Shown here: positions 1-7,318 of the stretch, one piece after another
How positions within the stretch are numbered: the stretch's first letter is position 1
How the letters are laid out: each line of letters opens with the position of its first letter
Assembly (NCBI GenBank): GCA_043741515.1
Contig: JAYUAE010000171.1
Coordinates: forward strand, 1-46,012
DNA from: Candidatus Eiseniibacteriota bacterium
GTDB lineage: Bacteria; Eisenbacteria; RBG-16-71-46; SZUA-252
Direction of reading: 5' to 3'
Length of the DNA stretch: 46,012 nucleotides
Notes under the pieces: model-generated
The model's database searches: none
Seen by the model: the letters and a program-made list of their open reading frames with translations, nothing else
What the model was told of the DNA's origin: nothing
Made by a program: the position numbers and the translations under genes

Positions 1-204
1 CACGCCGCCGAAGTCCGCGGTGCCGTCCTCGACGTAGGTATCACGATCGGGGGTGCGGGCGGTCCGCACAGTGGTGCCGAGCCCGCCGGGCCCGCGGCCC
101 AGCCGGCCAGCGCCGACGAGCTGCTCCGCCTTGCGGGAGCATCCCACGAGGAGGCTGGCGCCCAGGACGGCAAGCGCTACGAGGAGGACAGGTCTAAGAC
201 GCAC
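1..204 (-). CDS. putative lipoprotein, N-terminal part only (gene runs off the left edge)
   Basis: Reverse strand from GTG at 204 reads VRLRPVLLVALAVLGASLLVGCS...: basic n-region, hydrophobic core, LVGC lipobox. The frame stays open to position 1. It is absent from the ORF track because no stop lies in the window. Confidence 0.4.
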   Translation of the reverse strand, partial: MRLRPVLLVALAVLGASLLVGCSRKAEQLVGAGRLGRGPGGLGTTVRTARTPDRDTYVEDGTADFGGV

Positions 205-287
205 GAGGCGGAATCATAATCCCTTGCGGTGACGGGCGCTAGCAAAGAGGTGCCCACTCTTGAACCCGCCCTTTTCGCTGCAGTTCC

Positions 288-2591
288 TTGCGGCTTCGTC
301 CGATAGGTGGCAGGAAAGGGGAACCCTCTTTGCCCGAAGATCACGTGACAGCCGGAAACCCAGCGAAGATCCGCGCGCATTACCTGTCCGCAACGCTCCT
401 GGCGGCGCTGCTCACCGGCGCTCTCGTCTGGGCTCTCACCGCGTACTTCGGCGATCGTCTCCATCAGGAGGGCCGCGTGAGGGTCGCCGCCCTTGCCGCG
501 ACGATCGCGGCGGGCATACCGGCCGAGGAGATCCAGGCGCTCGGCGGGCCCGGGAGCGCGCGAAGTGCAGCCTATCTGGGATTGCGCTCCTCGCTCATCG
601 CGGCTCGGCAGGCCAATCCCGACCTGAAACGCATCTTCGTGCTCCTCCCCGGGAGCACGCCCCGCCAGTGGCGGTTCGCGCTCGACGCGGTCACCGCGTC
701 CACGGAGCGGATTGGCTTCGGGGATCCCTACGACGTCACCTCCCACCCGAAGATCGAGGAGGCGAGGTCGGGTCCCACAGCGGACCAAAGCCCGATTCCC
801 GACAGCGGTGGCGGCTGGATCGGGGGGTACGCCCCCATCCGGGACCGCCAGGGGCGCGTCGTCGCGGTGCTCGCGGCGGAAGTGGACGCGGAAGCTGCGC
901 TCCTCTCCGTGAAGCGGTTCCGTATCGGGGCCTCGGTCGCGTACCTCCTCCTTCTCGCCGGAATCGCGTTCACCGGGATGGACCGCTTTCAGAAGAGGCG
1001 GCTGGAGCTGGAGCGCAACCGGAACATCCACGCGCGGCTGAGCATTCATCGTCTGGCCGAGGTGATGACGCGGTCCGGCGGCGAAACCGACCTGATCCGG
1101 AACGCCCTCGACACGATGGCCGTGGCAACCGGCTTCCCGCAATGGGCGCTCTTCCGCCGCGACCGGGACCGGGGACCCATGGCGATCGTGGCCGCCCGCG
1201 GTTTCCCGGAGGGCTCCCCGGTGGATCTGAATCCGAACGCCGCAGGTCCCGACATCTGCTCCGTGCCCTTGCTCGAGCACGGAGAGCCCGCGGGGGTCCT
1301 CCAGTGCTTCGCCACCCCGGCGCGCGGGTTCGCCGCGAACGACGTGACGCTGATCCGCTGGCTGGCCGCGCAGCTCACGCAGGGGCTGAAGCGGATCCAG
1401 CTCGAGTCGCGCGACCAGCTCCTCGCCTCCTACATGCGGAGCACCGACGAGATGCTCGTCGGCTTCGACCTCGACGGCCGCATCACCTACGCGAATCCAG
1501 CGGCCTGTCGCGCGCTCGGCAATACGGCGGAGGCTCTTGAGCAGCGCTGGATCGATACCCTGCTCGCGTTCTCGGACGGCGAAGACACCATCCCGTTCTT
1601 GAAATTCCTTCGCCGTGAGGGGACCTTCTCGGGCGAGCTTCAATGCCGCACACTGGAAGGCGCGGCGTTCCCCGCCGAAGTCACCGTCTCGAAGGCGACC
1701 GACCGAGAGGGGAACGAGAGCGCCTGGGTGCTCGTGGGGCGCGACATCAGCGAGCGGCGCGAGCGCGAGGACGAGATCCGGAGCCGGAGCGAGCAGCTCG
1801 AGCTGATCGTGGAACAGCTCCAGCAGGCCAACGAGAAGCTGGCCGAGGGAAGCCGGATGAAGAACGAGTTCTTGGCCAACACGAGCCACGAGCTCCGCAC
1901 GCCGCTGAATGCCGTGATCGGATTCGCCACGCTGATCGAGCAGGGGGTGGCCCAGTCGGACCAGGAGCGAAGCTCGTTCGCCAAGTCGATCCGCGAGAGC
2001 GCCGAGCATCTCCTGATCGTGATCAACGACATCCTGGACCTCGCAAAGGTGGAGGCCGGCCGGCTCGAAGTCGAGCTCCAGGCGGGAGATGCGACGCCGA
2101 CCCTTCTCGCGACCGCGGAGACCCTGCGCCCCGGCGCGGCCCGGAAGGGTATCGGTCTCAAGGTGACGGTTCCGCCGCACCCCCTGAACATGCAGCTCGA
2201 TCCGGCCCGTCTCCGCCAGGTGCTCCTGAACCTGCTTGGGAACGCGATCAAATTTACCGATAAGGGGGAAGTGAGCATCGAGGCCTGGCGGCAGGACCGC
2301 CCGGCCGAGATCCATGTCGTCATCCGGGACACCGGGATCGGGATCGCCACGAAGGACCAGGACCGGCTCTTCGTGAAATTCTCGCAGGTGGACGGCTCGT
2401 ACAAGCGGCGCCACCAGGGCGCCGGACTCGGGCTGGTGATCACGAAGTCGCTGGTTCAGCGCATGGGAGGCCGGATCTCGATGGAGAGCGATGGGGCGGG
2501 TCTCGGGACGCGCGTCACACTCGCGTTCCCCGCGGTTCCCGTGATGGCGGAATCCAACCGAGCGAGGAGTGCATGGCTCAACGAATCATGA
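288..2591 (+). CDS. sensor histidine kinase (TM - Cache-like loop - TM - GAF-like - PAS - HisKA - HATPase_c)
   Basis: Two hydrophobic helices bracket a loop with GGWIGGYAPIRDRQGRVVAVLAAEVD (Cache-like). PAS: MLVGFDLDGRITYANPAACRALG. H-box: NEFLANTSHELRTPLNAV. N-box: LLNLLGNAIKFT. G-boxes: DTGIGI and GAGLGL. Start uncertain (TTG 288 or GTG 345). Confidence 0.9.
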   Translation: MRLRPIGGRKGEPSLPEDHVTAGNPAKIRAHYLSATLLAALLTGALVWALTAYFGDRLHQEGRVRVAALAATIAAGIPAEEIQALGGPGSARSAAYLGLRSSLIAARQANPDLKRIFVLLPGSTPRQWRFALDAVTASTERIGFGDPYDVTSHPKIEEARSGPTADQSPIPDSGGGWIGGYAPIRDRQGRVVAVLAAEVDAEAALLSVKRFRIGASVAYLLLLAGIAFTGMDRFQKRRLELERNRNIHARLSIHRLAEVMTRSGGETDLIRNALDTMAVATGFPQWALFRRDRDRGPMAIVAARGFPEGSPVDLNPNAAGPDICSVPLLEHGEPAGVLQCFATPARGFAANDVTLIRWLAAQLTQGLKRIQLESRDQLLASYMRSTDEMLVGFDLDGRITYANPAACRALGNTAEALEQRWIDTLLAFSDGEDTIPFLKFLRREGTFSGELQCRTLEGAAFPAEVTVSKATDREGNESAWVLVGRDISERREREDEIRSRSEQLELIVEQLQQANEKLAEGSRMKNEFLANTSHELRTPLNAVIGFATLIEQGVAQSDQERSSFAKSIRESAEHLLIVINDILDLAKVEAGRLEVELQAGDATPTLLATAETLRPGAARKGIGLKVTVPPHPLNMQLDPARLRQVLLNLLGNAIKFTDKGEVSIEAWRQDRPAEIHVVIRDTGIGIATKDQDRLFVKFSQVDGSYKRRHQGAGLGLVITKSLVQRMGGRISMESDGAGLGTRVTLAFPAVPVMAESNRARSAWLNES

Positions 2592-3001
2592 TCGTCGAGG
2601 ATGATCCGATGAACGCGAAGCTCTTCCAGCTCGTGCTCACCCGGAAGGGAAACTACGAGGTCGTGATCACCGAGGACCCGGCCCAGGTGATCCGCGAGAT
2701 CAAGGAAGGGACGGTGGATCTCGTGATCATGGACGTGTCGCTCTCCAACAGCCAGCTCGACGGCAGGCCGGTGGACGGCCTCGAGATCACGAGGCGCCTG
2801 AAGCAGGACCCGGCGACCCGCCAGGTGCCCGTGCTCCTCGCGACCGCGCACGCGATGAAGGGCTCCAAGGAGAAGTTCCTCAAGGACAGCGGGGCCGACG
2901 ATTACATCTCCAAGCCGATCGTGAACGCGGACGAGCTGATCCAGAGGATCCAGACGCTGATCTCCAAGAGGGACCATGCCGTTCCACCTGCTCATCGTTG
3001 A
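2573..3001 (+). CDS. single-domain response regulator (CheY-like receiver)
   Basis: Receiver signature IMIVEDDPMN ... DLVIMDVS ... VLLATAHA ... DDYISKP. GAGGAG lies 5 nt upstream of the ATG. Overlaps the kinase gene by 19 nt. Confidence 0.9.
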   Translation: MAQRIMIVEDDPMNAKLFQLVLTRKGNYEVVITEDPAQVIREIKEGTVDLVIMDVSLSNSQLDGRPVDGLEITRRLKQDPATRQVPVLLATAHAMKGSKEKFLKDSGADDYISKPIVNADELIQRIQTLISKRDHAVPPAHR

Positions 3002-3674
3002 CGACGAGGCTCACAGCCGGAAGCTACTCCGGATGGTTCTGCGCCAAGGGGACTACGTGTTCCTCGAGGCGGAGAGCGGCGAGCAGGCGCTCGCGATCAT
3101 GGAGAGCCAGAAGGTGGACCTCCTGCTGCTCGACCTCATGATGCCGCATCAGAACGGTTTCGAGGTGATTCTCGGTATGCGGAAGAGCGAGACTCTGGCG
3201 CGCATTCCGTTCATCGTGGCGAGCGCCTCGACCGCGCAGGACGATATCCAGCGGAGCCTCGAGCTGGGCGCGATCGACTACTTCACGAAGCCTCTTTCGG
3301 AATGCGATATCCGGTTCCAGATCCCGCTCAAGGTGAGGAACGCGATCGCGCTCCATCAAGCGACCGACGAGAGGCTCCGGATCGAGCGGATGAAAGCGGT
3401 CTCGGCCATGGCGGTCGCGCTGAACCACGAGATCAACAACCCGCTGCAAGTGATCCAGGGAAACGCCCAGCTTCTGAACGTCCATCCCGGGCTTCCCCCG
3501 GACGCGCGCGAGAAGGTGGCGCGCATCCGCGCCGCGGCCGAGACGGTCACCAGCCTGACCCAGCGCATCGCCGCGCTGCGCGATATCGTGACGGTGGACT
3601 ATCCCGCCGGGAACAAGAGCACGGTCCCCATGGTGAACTTCGAAGCCTCGGCCGCCGTGGGGAAGAAACCCTAG
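2976..3674 (+). CDS. receiver domain fused to a DHp/HisKA-like helix pair, no ATPase domain
   Basis: Receiver: LLIVDDE, DLLLLDLMMP (Asp53), FIVASAS, DYFTKP. Then AVSAMAVALNHEINNPLQVIQGNAQLL (His151 H-box). The ORF ends 81 residues later without N/G1/F/G2 boxes. Overlaps the previous gene by 26 nt. Confidence 0.85.
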   Translation: MPFHLLIVDDEAHSRKLLRMVLRQGDYVFLEAESGEQALAIMESQKVDLLLLDLMMPHQNGFEVILGMRKSETLARIPFIVASASTAQDDIQRSLELGAIDYFTKPLSECDIRFQIPLKVRNAIALHQATDERLRIERMKAVSAMAVALNHEINNPLQVIQGNAQLLNVHPGLPPDAREKVARIRAAAETVTSLTQRIAALRDIVTVDYPAGNKSTVPMVNFEASAAVGKKP

Positions 3675-3683
3675 GCTCGAGTC

Positions 3684-4325
3684 TTACCGGATCCCGATCA
3701 GCGGATAGATCCAGTCCAGGATGAGGAAATTCAGGCGGCCGATGAGGAGGGCGACGCGGCCCATCACGGTGAAGCCGAAGGCGGCGCCGAAGGAAACCAT
3801 CAGGAAATAGATGCCCACCCGCGAGATGCGTCTCGTGACCCGGTCCTGCTCCTTGGAGAAGAAGAAGTAGATCAGCACGCTGAAGACGCCGATGGCGAAG
3901 ATCAGCGAATAGAGGATCGTGTGGGTGTCGAACTTGGACAGCGGCACGATGGCCCGCGCGAGCTGGGGCAGCACCTCCCCGTGGAGCCGCCGCGTGAAAT
4001 CCAGGCCGATGTAGTAGGCCACGAAGATCGCAAGCGCGTAGCGGGCCATCCATCCGGTCTTCGGCACGTAACGCATGTAGAGCAGGAGGCCGAGAAGCCC
4101 GGGCACGAGCAGGTCCCAGTTCTGGTTGAAGTCATGCGTCAGGGGCTGGATGAGATTCGGGACCAGAGTCTGATTCAGGGTGATTCCGATGTAGTAGCCG
4201 AGGGAGATCCCGGCGAACAGGCTCTCCGCAAATCGAAATATCGGGTTGTCCTTGTAGACGAACGAGAGCGCGGCCAGCGTCAGCAGCGCCGCGATCCAGG
4301 TGCCGAGACCGGGGATGTGGGTCAT
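3684..4325 (-). CDS. polytopic membrane protein, unknown family (gene 4 of 4-gene operon)
   Basis: 213 aa with about six hydrophobic helices (WIAALLTLAALSFVY, LFAGISLGYYIGITL, LLVPGLLGLLLYM, ALAIFVAYYIGL, ILYSLIFAIGVFSVLIYFFF, IYFLMVSFGAAFGFTVM). The ATG overlaps the upstream stop (ATGA 4322-4325). Confidence 0.7.
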   Translation of the reverse strand: MTHIPGLGTWIAALLTLAALSFVYKDNPIFRFAESLFAGISLGYYIGITLNQTLVPNLIQPLTHDFNQNWDLLVPGLLGLLLYMRYVPKTGWMARYALAIFVAYYIGLDFTRRLHGEVLPQLARAIVPLSKFDTHTILYSLIFAIGVFSVLIYFFFSKEQDRVTRRISRVGIYFLMVSFGAAFGFTVMGRVALLIGRLNFLILDWIYPLIGIR

Positions 4326-5218
4326 CCCCGCGATCTCCGTTGCTCCTCGGCCCGCTGCGCCGACCTCTGGCGCCAGAACGCGAAATTCCCGACGAGGATG
4401 AAGAGGATGATCACGGCGTGGATCACGGTCTGGCCGTCCATGCCTTTCGTGGCCGTGAACTCACGGGTCCCCCGGTAGAAGCGCGCGAGCTGCGGATAGC
4501 CGGCCGCGAGGAGCTTCTCGTATTCGGCCGCGCCCTTCATGCCGCCCAGCATTCCCACGAGCTGGCCGGCGTTCATGTAGGCGTAGTACTTGGGCGCGCC
4601 CACTGCCGTGGGCCCGATGATGATGGGCGTGCCGCTCTGCTGATGGACCTGCGTGATCCAGTATTCCCCGATGATGCCGGTCGCGACCGTGAACACGACC
4701 TTGACGTCCCGGATGTTGCGGACTCCGCTCAGAATGGGAAGCTGGGCGATGGGCGTTCCCCTCACATCGGCCGGAAACGCGCCCACAATGTCCTTGTCCA
4801 GACGGCGCATGACCGCGGCGGCCCCGTCCTTGTAGCCCAGGTTCACATAGTCCTGCCCGTACTTGAGCCCCGGATATTCCGCCGTCACCCTGGCGAGGGA
4901 GTTGTTGGCGAGCCCCAGGCCACCGAGCGGATAGAGCGCGCACACGATCACCCGGAGCTTTTTCGAGAAGCACTGGCGCAGGAACCCGTCCGCCATCGGA
5001 TCGTTCTCGGGGGCCGAGGACGGGCCGTAGTCGAAGGAGAGCCAGACGACGTCGCCGGGATGGAGCGCCTCGATATACTCGAACGCCGCCCGCGTCGAGC
5101 CGGTCGTGGTGACGGGGAGCCCGATGGGGAGGACGATCGGAGTCGCGACGCCGAGGAAGACGAGCAGGAATAACCAGCGCCGGTCGAGGGTCAGGAGCCT
5201 GTTCAGGAGTCCGGCCAC
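4322..5218 (-). CDS. bitopic membrane-anchored protein, unknown family (gene 3 of 4)
   Basis: 298 aa: N-terminal TM (WLFLLVFLGVATPIVLPIGL), a ~225-aa soluble domain, a C-terminal TM (VIHAVIILFILVGNFAFW) and a basic tail. The start lies 1 nt after the upstream stop codon. Confidence 0.7.
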   Translation of the reverse strand: MAGLLNRLLTLDRRWLFLLVFLGVATPIVLPIGLPVTTTGSTRAAFEYIEALHPGDVVWLSFDYGPSSAPENDPMADGFLRQCFSKKLRVIVCALYPLGGLGLANNSLARVTAEYPGLKYGQDYVNLGYKDGAAAVMRRLDKDIVGAFPADVRGTPIAQLPILSGVRNIRDVKVVFTVATGIIGEYWITQVHQQSGTPIIIGPTAVGAPKYYAYMNAGQLVGMLGGMKGAAEYEKLLAAGYPQLARFYRGTREFTATKGMDGQTVIHAVIILFILVGNFAFWRQRSAQRAEEQRRSRG

Positions 5219-5219
5219 G

Positions 5220-6026
5220 CTACTCCGCTCCCCCGAGGCCCAAGTATCCGCGCTCGATGCCGAGGATCACGCGGATGGCCATCGAGGCCGCGCCAAGCGC
5301 CGCGCCGATGATGATCCCCGACTGGGCGGCCCCGTTCGGAGTGCTCATGATCCACTCGGTGAGCTTTCCCAGAGCCTGGCTCGCCCCCGCCGCGGCGGGC
5401 TGTAGCGGCGGGAAGGGCGCGGCGAGAAATTCGAGCAACGGCACGCGCCCCGCCATGACGAGAATTCCCGCAAGGAGGAGGATCGTCGCCTCGGTGTTGC
5501 GCGCGCGGAACGCGCGGAACGCGGCCGAGGCCATGAAGAAGGCGAGAAGGGCGAAGATCGTGGACTGGAGCGGCTGGAACATGTTGTTCGACACCCACTG
5601 GAAGGGCGTGAGCGATCCGTCCGGGCGCGTGGTGATCCCCTGGCCCGAGATCGCTCCGTAGATCCCGAATCCGCCCGTGATGAAGAGCCCGGTCAGAAGG
5701 ACCACGGAAAAGGGCCAGCCCGCTTCGCGCCGGGCGATCCTGCGCGTGCCGTTCTGGATGACGTTGACGACGCCGAGCAGGAGCGCGAATGCGGCGACGA
5801 TGATGAGCCACTGATCCAACCTCGGGCTCATCCCCCCATCGCCCGAGACGAATCGCCGCGGCACGTAGAGCGCCACGATCGGGATCAATCCCGCGAAGAA
5901 CGCCACGAAGAGCGGCCCGCGCGCCCTGAGACCCGGCGTGACGAAGCCCAGCGCGATGAGGACGACCGGCACCACCGCGAAGAGAACGACCAGAGCGACG
6001 CGTCCGAAATCCAGGCTGAGGTTCAT
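5220..6026 (-). CDS. polytopic membrane protein, unknown family (gene 2 of 4)
   Basis: Internal ATG at 6026 (MNLSLDFGRVALVVLFAVVPVVLIALGF...) overlaps the stop of the 6023..7237 gene (ATGA). The 579-aa track ORF is an Arg/Gly-rich 5' extension running through that neighbouring gene. Confidence 0.65.
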   Translation of the reverse strand: MNLSLDFGRVALVVLFAVVPVVLIALGFVTPGLRARGPLFVAFFAGLIPIVALYVPRRFVSGDGGMSPRLDQWLIIVAAFALLLGVVNVIQNGTRRIARREAGWPFSVVLLTGLFITGGFGIYGAISGQGITTRPDGSLTPFQWVSNNMFQPLQSTIFALLAFFMASAAFRAFRARNTEATILLLAGILVMAGRVPLLEFLAAPFPPLQPAAAGASQALGKLTEWIMSTPNGAAQSGIIIGAALGAASMAIRVILGIERGYLGLGGAE

Positions 6027-7237
6027 TTGGTCTTGAACAGGGCCGGGAACCAGGTTGCGCCCAGGCTGGCCATGATGATGCCCGCGATCCCGAGCAGGAT
6101 GACCACCCCCTTGGCGATATCCTGGGCGCGCATCGAGCCCAGGAGGATCGGCTCGCGCGTGAGGTAGGCGCTTGCCGCATAGAGCTCCTCGCCGATCAGC
6201 GTGTAGTCGCACGTCGCTACGAAGAAGGGAAGCTGCGTCGGATCGGCCTGCCCCGCGATCTGGATCGCGCCGGTGGATTGCCCGGTCTCGGCAAGGATGA
6301 GCGATTCGGCGAAGAAGTACCCGATGAGGAAGATCGCTGCGGGACGCTCGCGGATCATCCGCGCGGACACCGCGGCGGTGTAGGCGAACTGATCGTAAGT
6401 GACGTAGTTCACCATCTCCTCGCGGTACTGGTCGGGCCGGCCCTCCGAGAGGTACGAGGAGCGCACGACCTCGCGCGCCGACACGAAGGTGAGCGGATCC
6501 TTGTTCGGGACGTCGAGGTCCGTGCCGTACCGCGCCGTCACGCGCGCCACGTAGCTCAGGATCGAGATCGAGGCGATCGTCTGGATCTCGTCCATGCTCT
6601 GGATGCCGGGCACGTAGAGCACTTTCTTCCCGGTCTCGGTGGCCCGTCCGATCGCCTCGTCGATGGCGTTCAGGCCCGCGATGCGCCGGATGAAGATCTC
6701 CTTCCCCGATTTCGCATAGGAGATGGAGGCGAGAAGGGTGAGGAGAAAGAGGACGGAGGCGATGAAGGAGTTGGTCCGATCCGCGCGGAACCAGTTGTCG
6801 CGCGAAGCGACCGGATCGCTCACCACCGGCGGACCCGTGCGGGCGGTCGTATCGGCCCCGGCGGCGGCCCGGATCTCGTAGCGATAGACGGTGCCGTCCT
6901 TGGCGGACGCGTCCTCGTAGCGCTCGACGCCGGGCTTCACGGTCGCGATCTCGGTCCACTCATAGGCGGGCGGCACGGATTGGCGGATCTGGATCATGGC
7001 GTTCCCGGGAAGCCCGGGCGGATCCTTCCAGGTCAGGAGGATCGCGTCGCCCGCGTCACCGGGGCGGTCCTTTGCTGTGAACTGGGTCGGTACGGGAAGC
7101 TGGGCGGGAGGGGGCGGCGACGTTTCCGGGGCCGCGGCGAGCGCGGGCCGGGAAAGGAGCAGCAACAGCAGCCCGAGAAGCGGCGCTGCGAAGAGCGGAA
7201 GGCGCGCGGACGCGCGGCACAAGACGCCGTTTCGCAC
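6023..7237 (-). CDS. secreted FN3-like domain fused to a multi-TM region, unknown family (gene 1 of 4)
   Basis: Signal peptide (LPLFAAPLLGLLLLLLSRPALAAAP), Pro-rich linker, and a beta-rich module (ILLTWKDPPG...YEWTEIATVKPGVERYEDASAKDGTVYRYEIRA). Then TM FIASVLFLLTLLASISY, a ~120-aa region, and later TMs (AAIFLIGYFFAESLILA, VVILLGIAGIIMASLG). GTG start. Confidence 0.7.
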   Translation of the reverse strand: MRNGVLCRASARLPLFAAPLLGLLLLLLSRPALAAAPETSPPPPAQLPVPTQFTAKDRPGDAGDAILLTWKDPPGLPGNAMIQIRQSVPPAYEWTEIATVKPGVERYEDASAKDGTVYRYEIRAAAGADTTARTGPPVVSDPVASRDNWFRADRTNSFIASVLFLLTLLASISYAKSGKEIFIRRIAGLNAIDEAIGRATETGKKVLYVPGIQSMDEIQTIASISILSYVARVTARYGTDLDVPNKDPLTFVSAREVVRSSYLSEGRPDQYREEMVNYVTYDQFAYTAAVSARMIRERPAAIFLIGYFFAESLILAETGQSTGAIQIAGQADPTQLPFFVATCDYTLIGEELYAASAYLTREPILLGSMRAQDIAKGVVILLGIAGIIMASLGATWFPALFKTK

Positions 7238-7243
7238 TGCCGG

Positions 7244-7273
7244 AGACTAAGAGGCCGCGGCGGAGGGTGTCAA
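7244..7273 (-). promoter_or_regulatory. candidate sigma-70 promoter of the four-gene operon (TTGACA-N18-TAGTCT)
   Basis: Reverse strand reads GTGTTGACAcctccgccgcggcctctTAGTCTccggcaGTG. The -35 is at 7268-7273 and the -10 at 7244-7249, only 6 nt before the GTG at 7237. Confidence 0.35.
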
Positions 7274-7318
7274 CACGGGTTTTTCGGTCCCGGGCTTTTC
7301 GGCGCCGGGCTTCCCGGC

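Noticed and set aside
177-2414. 745-aa ORF on the minus strand (and 260..1540 on the plus strand) covering the histidine kinase gene
   Set aside because: The translations are Arg/Gly/Pro/Ala-rich, lack motifs and lie antisense or off-frame to an ORF with complete kinase signatures. This is the typical shadow ORF of GC-rich DNA.
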